Both the position numbers and the translations under genes were made by a program. From Promethearchaeota archaeon (GTDB taxonomy: Archaea > Asgardarchaeota > Lokiarchaeia > Sigyniarchaeales > SOKP01), in the NCBI GenBank assembly GCA_030603385.1, contig JAUVXW010000024.1, forward strand, positions 1 to 64,000: a stretch of 64,000 bases of DNA, given 5' to 3'. The notes under the pieces were generated by a model, which did no database searches, was not told where the DNA came from, and worked only from the letters and a program-made list of their open reading frames with translations. Within the stretch, counting starts at the first letter, position 1. Each line of letters begins with the position of its first letter. Positions 10,437 through 20,109 of this stretch are shown piece after piece.

Positions 10437-11012
10437 TTAGTCAATTCCAAGAACTTCAGTGATAACCATTTTTTGTATTTTCGCGATTCTTTTAATTTCC
10501 TCTTTATCACTTGGATTCATTACAATAATTCGAATCAGAATCAATCCCATTTTGCTAAAACGGGGTGCCGACACGACAATTTCATTATTTTTCTTCTTAT
10601 AAGCCATTCCTCGTTTTTGAAGAATGATTTCTATATCTTGGCCGTATTTTTGTTTGGCTTCAAGGTCATTCAAAGTAAAATAACAATCTTGGTTTCTAGC
10701 GAAAAAAGTAATTGACCAGTAGACACTATCAGGTACTTTTGCCTGAATCCTCAGTGATTTTCTGCGAACATCATAGATACAAGCAGAAACCATAGCATGG
10801 GGTGTTGGATAAGGAACAAGTCGGGATGCTGCTGAAGTTACAGGCCCATGTAGAAACACATTTGGTGTGCGATAACTCGGGAATCCTTTTAGTCGCTTAT
10901 CCGTAAGATTGTAAGTATATAGGGTTATTCCAAGGATGTATAATAACCTTGATAGAATAAGAGTTATTATGATCCAAACCATAATCTGAATAAATATTGC
11001 TGTCATAGTCAA
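10437..11012 (-). CDS. DUF1254-like membrane-anchored protein
   Basis: N-terminal TM; PTP...SACIYDV...P..YWSITFF pattern; overlaps the DUF1214-like gene. Confidence 0.6.
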   Translation of the reverse strand: MTMTAIFIQIMVWIIITLILSRLLYILGITLYTYNLTDKRLKGFPSYRTPNVFLHGPVTSAASRLVPYPTPHAMVSACIYDVRRKSLRIQAKVPDSVYWSITFFARNQDCYFTLNDLEAKQKYGQDIEIILQKRGMAYKKKNNEIVVSAPRFSKMGLILIRIIVMNPSDKEEIKRIAKIQKMVITEVLGID

Positions 11013-11587
11013 TCCTCACGAATAATTTGTGGTAGATTTGTATTTTCACTATTTTCGATCATCGAAGGCATGGGATTATAACAGCGTAGAGTTATTCGAA
11101 AATTCCCTTTTTGATCACCTAAGGGTATCCAATTGCCAGGTTGTTCTTCGGTTGAGAGTTTTATCACCCACGATCCGTCTGTCTCACGCTTAATATCAGT
11201 TTTGGAAAAAGAAAATCGGTCATATTGATTAGGAATGAAATAACCATCTCGATTTACAGATAGACACCACCATCGCGTATCGGGATCACTACCCTCAATC
11301 CTATATTTATGATTGTATGTAATCCGGTTGCCTTTAGAATCTAATTCAGCCCCCCAGTAAATAGCTTCATCACGATTCATCCCAAATCCGGCATGCTTAG
11401 CGATTCTAGCTCTATGAACTCTTAAAGCTTCTTTACTACCTTCCCCTCGTCGATTTGTTTGCCAACAACCATTCCTTATAATATCATATTCTCCCGTTGT
11501 AGCACGACGGAGTTGATACCAATACCAAAAATAGGCCAAGCATGCTGCTACAATGGGACTTGATATAATCAATATGAATAGAATCAT
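11009..11587 (-). CDS. DUF1214 domain protein
   Basis: EAIYW...DSKG, YRIEG, WWCLSV, DGSWVI, PGNWIP, FRITLRCYNP. Confidence 0.75.
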   Translation of the reverse strand: MILFILIISSPIVAACLAYFWYWYQLRRATTGEYDIIRNGCWQTNRRGEGSKEALRVHRARIAKHAGFGMNRDEAIYWGAELDSKGNRITYNHKYRIEGSDPDTRWWCLSVNRDGYFIPNQYDRFSFSKTDIKRETDGSWVIKLSTEEQPGNWIPLGDQKGNFRITLRCYNPMPSMIENSENTNLPQIIRED

Positions 11588-11850
11588 GATACTTACTTTC
11601 TCTTTTTAATTTAAAAATTGCTATTTATAAGATTTAGTCAAATAAAAACTTATTATAATATAGTTAAGAGAAATGATAAGAAAGTAAATTTAAAATCCAT
11701 TTCCCTAAGCAAATCATTTTTAATTACCTTTTGTCATTGGCTATATGCTTAGTCGTGTACGTGATTAATAATACCTATCTAATATAAGAATGAATAAAAT
11801 CAATAAAAAAAAGATAGAAAAAAAATCAAATAAAATTAAAGTTTTATAAT

Positions 11851-12021
11851 ACAGCACTGAAAAGAAGACGTGTAAGTGTGCGCGAGATCGTTGAGTTGCT
11901 TCATCCGGGTATCGATGTATCGGATCTTCTGAACTTGGGAATGAATGATGACCATATCGGACCTTACACCAGAGTCCTCACTGAAATCTTGAGAAAAATG
12001 GGATACCCCATCCATTTTTGA
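11851..12021 (+). CDS. Small unannotated ORF or gene fragment (TALKRRRVSVREIVELLHPGIDVSDLLNLGMNDDHIGPYTRVLTEILRKMGYPIHF); start uncertain
   Basis: Open frame spanning a GC-rich patch; helical, protein-like sequence; GTG at 11878 or ATA at 11830 are possible starts. Confidence 0.4.
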   Translation, partial: TALKRRRVSVREIVELLHPGIDVSDLLNLGMNDDHIGPYTRVLTEILRKMGYPIHF

Positions 12022-12079
12022 GTTTGGCATTGTTCACTAAATCTGTCGCCCCCAAACATTTAAATAAGAAAAGAGGTTT

Positions 12080-12535
12080 ATGATTCATATGAGAGATAAA
12101 CGAGCAATTATTATCAAAAGCCCAAGATTACAAAAAATTAGAAACAACTTAAGAATTATTTTGATGAAAGCTGTAACTCAAAAATTAATTGAGTTACTAC
12201 ATGAACGTGAAAAGTTAAAGATTACAGTTGGAGGAATCCGTCAAACTATAGATGATTTACCCTCTGTTGAGCTAAAAGAATTTAGAGCCCTTCAAGAACA
12301 GGAAAACATGCTAAGGGATCTAGCAAATAGATCAATCTGTAAGTGCATAGCATGTGGCAACCCTGACCGAGACATGGTCTACAATAAAGCCTATTATGCG
12401 TGGTATTGTACCGAATGCTACGGGATGGAACACGATTACGCTAAGGAACTGCGGCAAAAACGTGGGGAAACGGGCAGGAAACCTAAGGGACACGAAGAGA
12501 AGGCCATCGAAAGCCACTCCAAGACCTTTTTATAG
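12080..12535 (+). CDS. Hypothetical protein with a C4 zinc finger
   Basis: CKCIACG...WYCTECY; GAGG SD upstream. Confidence 0.7.
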   Translation: MIHMRDKRAIIIKSPRLQKIRNNLRIILMKAVTQKLIELLHEREKLKITVGGIRQTIDDLPSVELKEFRALQEQENMLRDLANRSICKCIACGNPDRDMVYNKAYYAWYCTECYGMEHDYAKELRQKRGETGRKPKGHEEKAIESHSKTFL

Positions 12536-12770
12536 TCATTTTTCTTTTCCTTTTGTTTATAGCTCTTTTCTTATATTTTTTATGGTATTTCAATTTTAGA
12601 TTTGAATTTATGAATGTAACTGAAAATCAATTACAGTTTGCTCTTTTTTATATGGTAAAATCAAGGTTTATCTGAATATTTTCAAATCAAATTATAACAT
12701 TTGAATTGTAGATTTTAACAAACAATAAAAAAAAGTGTAAATAAAAAAAACTTTAAGATTTGTTGCTAAA

Positions 12771-13916
12771 TTAGAAGCAGCGGTGAATCACTTGTGGACC
12801 CATCTCTTTGTACTCGCGGCGGGTCACCCACATTCTATGAAACGTCTTTAAGGAGCTCAAAATTGAGCCACCAATCCATACGGAATACATACGCTCTGGT
12901 GGGGCAATGATCTTTACGTCGACACTCTCTGGGATTTGCTCCTTTATTTCCTTTGTGAGTCTTTCTTTAATTCCCGGGAACATCGTGCTCCCGCCTGAGA
13001 GAACGATGTTTGAATAAAGATCTCGGCGGAGGTCTACATCACACTCGGAAATGGCGCCAACAATCACATCATCAAGTGGCTCCAACTCTTTCCCGATGAC
13101 ACTTGGGTTAAAGAAGCATTCAGGTGCTAAAAATCGCTCTACGCCGACGTTGATGGTCTCTCCATCAGGGAGCATGTAGCTTTTCTCCATTCCGGCAACC
13201 TTCTTCGAGAGCATCATTTCTTTTTCCGGATCTATCGCGACGTAGCACAACTTTTCTTTTATATCCCTGACAATCTGTTTTTCCGCAGAGGTCGTGAACG
13301 AGTATCCCTTTTGCCTTAGAAGTCTTTGTAAGTAGGTGGTAATATCTCGACCAGCAAGATCAATTCTCTGGATAGCATGACTTAAAGCAAATCCTTCGAA
13401 AATTGGTACAACGTGAGAAACACCGTCACCAATATCGATAACACACCCAGTAGTACGACCAGAAGCATACAGTGATAAAACTGCTTGCATTGCTACATAT
13501 AAAGCAGGTGTATTGAACGTCTCAAACATAATTTCAGCCATTTTTTCTCTGTTTGGACGTGGATTTAATGGTGCTTCTGTCAAAAGTACTGGATGTTCGC
13601 TAGGATCAATACGAAGATCTGTATAGAAAGTATAATGCCAGATCTTTTCCATAGCGGTCCAATCCTCTATGATACCATGTTCAACAGGGAACATGAGTTT
13701 CAAAACACCTTTAAGCTGCATGGCTTCTTCTCCAATGTAGTATTCCCGTGTATAATGCTCGACATCTGTCATTATAGACTCATATTTTGGATAACCAATA
13801 AGAGTTGGGAAAACAGAACGAGGTTGATCTTCTCCGGCGAAACCGTTTTTCGAGATTCCTGTACCGTTATCCACCACAAGGGCCTTGGCGTTTAAAAAGC
13901 TTTCTTCTTCTGCCAT
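12771..13916 (-). CDS. Actin (Lokiactin-type Asgard actin)
   Basis: [79 protein letters not shown]-terminal HRCF. Confidence 0.97.
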   Translation of the reverse strand: MAEEESFLNAKALVVDNGTGISKNGFAGEDQPRSVFPTLIGYPKYESIMTDVEHYTREYYIGEEAMQLKGVLKLMFPVEHGIIEDWTAMEKIWHYTFYTDLRIDPSEHPVLLTEAPLNPRPNREKMAEIMFETFNTPALYVAMQAVLSLYASGRTTGCVIDIGDGVSHVVPIFEGFALSHAIQRIDLAGRDITTYLQRLLRQKGYSFTTSAEKQIVRDIKEKLCYVAIDPEKEMMLSKKVAGMEKSYMLPDGETINVGVERFLAPECFFNPSVIGKELEPLDDVIVGAISECDVDLRRDLYSNIVLSGGSTMFPGIKERLTKEIKEQIPESVDVKIIAPPERMYSVWIGGSILSSLKTFHRMWVTRREYKEMGPQVIHRCF

Positions 13917-14063
13917 ATTTTATTATCAGCCTATTGTTTTAATTTTAATTATTTTGGATTATATTTTATATTACTTGTGGTAATTTTAATTTTTATATTT
14001 TTATCAAAAAACTGTTTTTTTTGATTGTAAAATACAAAATTTAATAATCTAATAAATTATGTA

Positions 14064-14078
14064 TTTATAAATTTTTTT
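14064..14078 (-). promoter_or_regulatory. Candidate BRE/TATA box for actin
   Basis: Minus strand reads AAAAAAA-TTTATAAA about 150 nt upstream of the ATG; the AT-rich background weakens the call. Confidence 0.3.
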
Positions 14079-14199
14079 AAACCAGAAACAAAAACTACCC
14101 TATTTTTAAAGGAATTATAAATAAAGTATGAAATCTCGTGAAGTATCTGATTGGTAAATTAGCGTATTACAATCTAATCATATTTTCGTCATATTATGA

Positions 14200-14253
14200 T
14201 TTTACAACAAAGAGTGTAAAAATTTTTCGAAATCGAAAAGAATTGTTGTAAAA
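14200..14253. repeat. Nested inverted repeat in the actin/LRR divergent spacer
   Basis: TTTTACAACAA (14200-14210) / TTGTTGTAAAA (14243-14253) enclosing TTTTCGA-AA-TCGAAAA. Confidence 0.6.
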
Positions 14254-14360
14254 AAATGTAGTCTCCGACTTTATTATTTATGGCTTAATCCCCTAAAAGA
14301 TATTTATTTCACAAAATAGATATAAAAATAATTAGGTAAAAATTATTAATTATTGTTGAA

Positions 14361-15794
14361 ATGGAATTGAATCCCGATTATATTAAAGAAAATCTATCTG
14401 AAATTGGAAAAAGGGAGGGTTTAAATCTATTAAGAGAGCTTATTAATAGTTCGAATGATTCTAATATACGTAAGAAAGCATTAGAGAACTTTGGAATGAT
14501 AGAAGATGACAACAATTTCTCATTTTTCGAACAAATATTCCTTTCTGATGAAAATCTTGATATTAGATTGATTGCGGGTAAGATACTAAAAGACAAATAT
14601 TTAACTCACAAGAAACTTTCTCGTCTTCTTGAATATACGCTAAAGGAATTAGATAATGTAGACCAAAAAATTTTTGCGATAAGAACTCTAAACTCAATGG
14701 ATAGTTTTAAAACGCGAAAAATTTTAACAGAATATCTAAAAGAATTTATAAAGATAAAATTTAAGGATAAAAATTATAACCTCCAACTTACCTATGATTA
14801 CAAACTACCAATCCCTGCAAATATTATTGAAATTTTTATTAATCTAATTTTAAGCGACTTTTATGAATATAAATGTCGATATTTTGTTTCGCTTAGAAGA
14901 GGAAAGATTGTTGCGTTAAATTGTGAAAGTTCTAACCTAAGAGAAATATCAGATATATATGGATTTTATTTACTAAATAGTTTGGAACATCTTTCATTAC
15001 AGAGAAACAACCTTCGAATAATCTCAAATCTTCAACATTTAACGCAATTAAAAACTCTAAATTTATCTCATAATAAATTGGAAAAAATTGAAAACCTCCA
15101 GAGTTTGGGTAAATTAGAAGAGTTACATTTATCAAATAATAAGATATATAGAATAGAAAACTTAGAATCATCCCCAAATTTAAAAAAATTGACCCTTAGT
15201 GATAACTCAATTAAACTTATCGAAAACTTAAATTCTTTGATTTGGTTAGAAGTTTTAAATTTGAGTCATAATGATATCTCAAATATAAATAATATGGATA
15301 AATTAGTGAACTTAAGAAGATTAAACCTTTCCTCCAATAGAATTGAAAAGATGGGAGGTCTTATTTGCCTAAAAGAATTGATGTGGTTATATCTAAATGA
15401 TAATAATATATCTCAAATTGAAGGTTTATCAACTCTAAATAAATTGAAAGGATTGTATCTTTCAAATAATATAATTGAAAGAATTGAGTCATTAGAAGAT
15501 TTATTCAGTTTAAAGAAATTAGAGTTGTCTAATAATAAAATCAACAAACTGGAAGGTTTGCAAAATTTAGGAGAACTGCAGGAATTATACTTAGATAATA
15601 ATATTATAAAAAAAATAGAGTGTTTGGAAGGTCTAAATAGTTTAATAATGTTACATATTGGGAGAAACGAAATAGAAGAATTTAGAAAGGAAAGTGTAGA
15701 AAGTCTGAGAAACTTGAATTTTTTATTTCTTAATGAAAATCCTTTAAATCAGAAGAGTTTTGTAGAATATCAAAAAAGAATTAAATTCCCTTAA
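14361..15794 (+). CDS. HEAT-like N-terminus plus SDS22-like leucine-rich repeat protein
   Basis: About 12 22-aa repeats LxxLxLsxNxIxxIexL; N-terminal IRKKALENFG / IRLIAGKIL HEAT-like segments. Confidence 0.9.
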   Translation: MELNPDYIKENLSEIGKREGLNLLRELINSSNDSNIRKKALENFGMIEDDNNFSFFEQIFLSDENLDIRLIAGKILKDKYLTHKKLSRLLEYTLKELDNVDQKIFAIRTLNSMDSFKTRKILTEYLKEFIKIKFKDKNYNLQLTYDYKLPIPANIIEIFINLILSDFYEYKCRYFVSLRRGKIVALNCESSNLREISDIYGFYLLNSLEHLSLQRNNLRIISNLQHLTQLKTLNLSHNKLEKIENLQSLGKLEELHLSNNKIYRIENLESSPNLKKLTLSDNSIKLIENLNSLIWLEVLNLSHNDISNINNMDKLVNLRRLNLSSNRIEKMGGLICLKELMWLYLNDNNISQIEGLSTLNKLKGLYLSNNIIERIESLEDLFSLKKLELSNNKINKLEGLQNLGELQELYLDNNIIKKIECLEGLNSLIMLHIGRNEIEEFRKESVESLRNLNFLFLNENPLNQKSFVEYQKRIKFP

Positions 15795-15833
15795 ATAGGT
15801 ACAGTAAATCTTTTCATCTTATAATATAAGGAG

Positions 15834-16400
15834 TTATTTATTTTGATATAAATAATCATCAATCCAAAGTTCCATTAGAACCTCGTCATAATATTTTGCA
15901 TCCATATAAAACTGTTTTTTTCTAACGCCTATTACTTTAAATCCAATTTTCTTATAGAGATGTAACGCTCTTTTGTTTGTCGAAAAACAACTCAAAACAA
16001 TTTTTTCTTTATTATCTAATTTTTTAAATTCTCGAATTGCTATATCAATTAAATTAAAACCAATCCCTAAATCTCGATATTTTTTCTTTACTATAATTCC
16101 TAATATCCCAACATGTAGACCGGCATCCCATTCAGAATGGGAAATTTCACATTGTCCAATGATGTTATAGGGAGGTTTAAATTTATGATCTTCAGCTATA
16201 ATACAAATTTCTTTTTCATTTTTAATTTTACGATACCAAGAATCTTTTTCTAGCCTAGATCTAACAGGAAAAAATATAGGTAAATATATTCCTTCTTCTA
16301 CTACCTCATTGAAATTATTCCAAACACCCTCAATATCTGATTTGCTTAGATGTCTGATTACGATTTTTTCTCCTGTTTTTAACTCTAAAGTCTTATTCAT
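15834..16400 (-). CDS. GNAT family N-acetyltransferase
   Basis: VKKKYRDLGIG, NKRALHLYKKIGF. Confidence 0.9.
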   Translation of the reverse strand: MNKTLELKTGEKIVIRHLSKSDIEGVWNNFNEVVEEGIYLPIFFPVRSRLEKDSWYRKIKNEKEICIIAEDHKFKPPYNIIGQCEISHSEWDAGLHVGILGIIVKKKYRDLGIGFNLIDIAIREFKKLDNKEKIVLSCFSTNKRALHLYKKIGFKVIGVRKKQFYMDAKYYDEVLMELWIDDYLYQNK

Positions 16401-16445
16401 TACTTAAATATAAATTTTTATAATTAAATTCCTTATGGTAATATT

Positions 16446-16871
16446 ATGGAAAATAAAGATGATGAATCCGTTAAAAAAGAAGAAGAAAAAGAAAAACAAA
16501 AAAAGAAGCTTGTTGCTAAAGATTTAGTTACGTTAAAGCATGTAGAAGTTAAAAAACAAGAAATTAGTCCAGAAACAAGAGATCTTGCTCAAACTCTAAA
16601 AGAAAGTTATATTGAACATGATCAATTTGAGAGACTCACAAATGATGAAATTACAATCCTTGAAACATTCATGGGTAAAAGACTTTTTTTAGAGCGAATA
16701 GCTATTATCGTCAACCAATCAAGGATACCATTAGGGATTCCTGGTTTTAAAAAAGCAGAATTTGAAAAAATCTTAGATGACCTTATCTCTAAGGGTTATA
16801 TTGAGTTTGATGTAGTTGGAGATAAAAATGTGTATTTTCTTACAGAGAGAGGTAAATATCGGGTTCAATAA
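16446..16871 (+). CDS. Hypothetical winged-helix protein
   Basis: LDDLISKGYIE...YFLTERG wing motif. Confidence 0.65.
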   Translation: MENKDDESVKKEEEKEKQKKKLVAKDLVTLKHVEVKKQEISPETRDLAQTLKESYIEHDQFERLTNDEITILETFMGKRLFLERIAIIVNQSRIPLGIPGFKKAEFEKILDDLISKGYIEFDVVGDKNVYFLTERGKYRVQ

Positions 16872-16956
16872 ATAACCTTGATATATTGCATTTATTAAAT
16901 AAGAACAGAAAATAGCTTTTTTAGTATTGATTTTTGAGATTTTTTTAATCCATAAG

Positions 16957-17259
16957 CTAATCTTTTTTTAAGATTAGCTTGTTTATTAGAATGTCTTGAT
17001 ATTCCCCATTTGGATTTTCTCTTCTAATCGTTAAGGGTAATATTCCAGATTTTAGCTCTAACATAGCGATCTTTATAGGGTCGATCAGATTTTTAGGCTT
17101 ATTGATAAGGATAGGAGCCCCGTAACTTAATTGCAGAGCTCTTGCGCCAGTTATGCGCGCTTTTTCGTATCTAGTTAAAAATATTGGTCCAATCTTAACG
17201 TATTTTCTAACTTCTTTATAAATCTTGCGTAATTCTCGAGATTCTAAAAAACTAGACAT
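16957..17259 (-). CDS. rpo6: RNA polymerase subunit Rpo6 (K)
   Basis: LTRYEKARITGARALQLSYGAP, LPLTIRRENPNG; ATG at 17259 preferred. Confidence 0.95.
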   Translation of the reverse strand: MSSFLESRELRKIYKEVRKYVKIGPIFLTRYEKARITGARALQLSYGAPILINKPKNLIDPIKIAMLELKSGILPLTIRRENPNGEYQDILINKLILKKD

Positions 17260-17347
17260 GGTTGTAGTAACCAAAAAATCAGTAATTAGATTTTTAAAAT
17301 ACAGAATATCATATAACTTTTTCTATAATAAAAGTATATATAGTAAG

Positions 17348-17482
17348 TGCGCGAGGAGGGAAGTATTCAAACCGAAAAAAATCTTCGGAATTTTGAACCC
17401 CCGACCATCGAGATGTACATGTTAAATCATTGTAAATTTACACGGTGTGAGCGTGTCGTTATAGCCACTAAACCACTCGCGC
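17348..17482 (-). tRNA. tRNA-Val(CAC) with two non-canonical introns (17407-17438 at position 44/45; 17363-17392 at position 58/59)
   Basis: Acceptor GCGCGAG/CTCGCGC plus discriminator A, D arm GTTTAGTGGCTATAAC, anticodon arm ACACG-CTCACAC-CGTGT, T stem GGGGG/CCCTC; removing both inserts gives 73 nt with variable loop AGGTC and T loop TTCAATT. Confidence 0.9.
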
Positions 17483-17672
17483 TTATTTGTATTTAAGAAT
17501 AATGCGCTATATGAATTAAATCTTTTCTTAATCTATCATAAAATCTAATTTATTAAAATATTAGTAATTCGATTTAAGAACATGAGCATTTTTTATTGAT
17601 CTTATTAAGTCTAATAGTTTATATATATAATTTTAATTCTTTACTTCAAAGCGATAATAAGTAATTCTTCTG

Positions 17673-19985
17673 GTGATATCAGTCTCAACAAATAAAGATT
17701 TTATTTCTCATCCTTTAATCAAGCCAAATCTTGTCTCACGTAGAGAGTATCAAGAAAAAATTTTTATCAATTGTTTAAATAATAATTGTTTAGTTGTAAT
17801 TCCTACTGGTTTAGGAAAAACTGTTATCGCTTTAATGCTTGCTGTGTATAGACTAACAGAGATGCCAAAATCAAAAGTTATTTTTTTAGCACCTACAAAA
17901 CCTTTGGTAGAACAACATCATAAATCATTTCTAGATCTTACATTATTTCCGCCAGATTCATTACAATCTCTTACTGGTGCGATATCTCCTGAAAAAAGAA
18001 AAGTTATCTGGAACCAAATAAAAGTAGCTTTTATGACTCCTCAAGTCCTACAGAATGACTTAATTTCCAGCTTGTACTCAATTAAGGAGGTTTCATTAAT
18101 CATATTTGATGAATGCCATAGAGCAGTTGGGAATTATGCATATTGTTTTATTGCGAAAAAATATATGGAGAATACGGGAATTCATCAGATATTAGGTCTT
18201 ACAGCTAGTCCAGGTTCCACTCTAGAAAAAATAAATGAAATTAAAGAAAATCTATTCATAGATCATTTAGAGATAAGAACAGATAAAGATATTGACGTAA
18301 AACACTATGTTCAGAAAGTAGATAATGAATGGATTAAAATATCCTTACCTAATGAATTCTTGGAAATAAAAAGAATATTAGACGAGAAATTGAAAGAGAT
18401 CTACAAATGGCTAAAAGAAAAGGATTTACTTAATTCATTTGATCTCAATAAAATTACTCGAAAAAATCTGCTTCAATTAAATAATACAATTAATAGGAGG
18501 ATATCAGCTTCGCGAGACGATAATGAGAAATTTGAGATGTTTTATGCTAAAAAACTGCAAGCTAACGCTATAAGGATATCTCACATGTCAGAACTTCTTG
18601 AAACACAAGGAATTAATGCGTTAAAAGATTACTTAGAAAAAAATGAAGAAAAAATTAAAAGTAACACAGCTAACAAATCTCTTAAGGAATTATTTGCAGA
18701 TAAAAATTTTAAGAAAGTACAGGAATTAACATATAAGATTCAATCTAAAGGCATTGTTCATCCTAAACTTGAGTATTTAAAAGAGATATTAACTACCCAA
18801 TTACAGGAAAATAAAGGGTCAAGAGTTTTAGTTTTTGCCCATTTTCGAGATTCCGTTAATAATATTGTAAGATATTTTAAAGAAGATAACATCGTTAAGG
18901 CACATAAATTCGTTGGTCAAGCACATAAAGGATCTGATAAAGGATTAACACAAAAAGCACAGATTAGACTTCTTGAAGAATTCAAAGAAGGGATTTATAA
19001 TACCCTTGTAGGGACTAGTGTTGCTGAAGAAGGTTTAGATATTGCTGAATGTGATTTAGTTGTATTTTATGATGTTGTTCCAAGTGCTATTCGCTCAATT
19101 CAGAGACGGGGTCGTACAGGTCGTAAAAAAGAAGGGAAGGTTCTTATTTTAATGGCAGAAGGAACAAGAGATGAAGGGTATTATTGGGCTGAGAAAGCAA
19201 AAGAAAGAAATATGAGAGATAGTTTGAAAAGAATTAAAATGTCTGAAGATGGTACTAAGAAGGGTCAGTCAAACCTACTTAACTTTATTGAAAAAACAGA
19301 AAATGATAAAGCTTTAAATCAAAAAATCACGAACGCTGAACAATTTGAAATAGTTTGTGATAATAGAGAAACAGCTTCTTCAGTTGTGAGGAATTTATCA
19401 TTGATGGGAATTAATCTGAAATTAGAACAATTATCTGTTGGTGACTATGTAATTTCAAAACGAGTTGGTATTGAGAGAAAAAGTTCACAAGATTTTACTA
19501 ACTCTATAAAAGATGGAAGGTTGTTTAAAGAATTAAAGGATTTAACAGATAACTATGATAGAGCCATATTAATTTTAGAAGAAGATCCATTTAAGAATTC
19601 AAGTCTTAGCGAAAATGCTATTTATGGAGCAATTTCATCGATAATTTTAAACTTAGGAGTGACAATATATAAAACAAAGGATGCTAAAGAAACTGCAATG
19701 TTTTTATATCAGTTAGCTAAAAAAGAGCAATCAGATAGCAATACAACATTGAAATTAAGGTTTGATAAAGCTCCAATTGAAACTTCTCGTCTTTTAGAAT
19801 ATCTTATTGCAGGGATCCCAGGAATTAATACACTTAGAGCTAAAAATTTATTAAAAGAATTAAAAACGTTACAAAATATTTTCTTAGCAGATATACCTGA
19901 CTTAACAAAAATTGAAAATATTGGAAAAAAAATTGCTCAAGAAATATATAAAATTAGCAGATATAAATACAAGAATGATCATTAG
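17673..19985 (+). CDS. hef: Hef (FANCM-like SF2 helicase + ERCC4 nuclease + HhH)
   Basis: PTGLGKT, DECHRAVGNY, TASPG, QRRGRTGR, GDY...ERKS, C-terminal HhH. Confidence 0.95.
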   Translation: MISVSTNKDFISHPLIKPNLVSRREYQEKIFINCLNNNCLVVIPTGLGKTVIALMLAVYRLTEMPKSKVIFLAPTKPLVEQHHKSFLDLTLFPPDSLQSLTGAISPEKRKVIWNQIKVAFMTPQVLQNDLISSLYSIKEVSLIIFDECHRAVGNYAYCFIAKKYMENTGIHQILGLTASPGSTLEKINEIKENLFIDHLEIRTDKDIDVKHYVQKVDNEWIKISLPNEFLEIKRILDEKLKEIYKWLKEKDLLNSFDLNKITRKNLLQLNNTINRRISASRDDNEKFEMFYAKKLQANAIRISHMSELLETQGINALKDYLEKNEEKIKSNTANKSLKELFADKNFKKVQELTYKIQSKGIVHPKLEYLKEILTTQLQENKGSRVLVFAHFRDSVNNIVRYFKEDNIVKAHKFVGQAHKGSDKGLTQKAQIRLLEEFKEGIYNTLVGTSVAEEGLDIAECDLVVFYDVVPSAIRSIQRRGRTGRKKEGKVLILMAEGTRDEGYYWAEKAKERNMRDSLKRIKMSEDGTKKGQSNLLNFIEKTENDKALNQKITNAEQFEIVCDNRETASSVVRNLSLMGINLKLEQLSVGDYVISKRVGIERKSSQDFTNSIKDGRLFKELKDLTDNYDRAILILEEDPFKNSSLSENAIYGAISSIILNLGVTIYKTKDAKETAMFLYQLAKKEQSDSNTTLKLRFDKAPIETSRLLEYLIAGIPGINTLRAKNLLKELKTLQNIFLADIPDLTKIENIGKKIAQEIYKISRYKYKNDH

Positions 19986-20109
19986 ATTAAAATAGATATA
20001 TAATCTCTATTTGATTAAAATGATAAAAAAGATTTTTAACGTTTTTAATAATTATTAATTATATTATTGAATTTAATTAGATAAATAAACAACCCGTGCA
20101 AAATAAAAT

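Noticed and set aside
11836-12030. 64-aa minus-strand ORF
   Set aside because: Less protein-like than the overlapping plus-strand frame; likely a shadow ORF.
17225-17425. 66-aa plus-strand ORF
   Set aside because: Antisense to rpo6 and the tRNA-Val gene; spurious.
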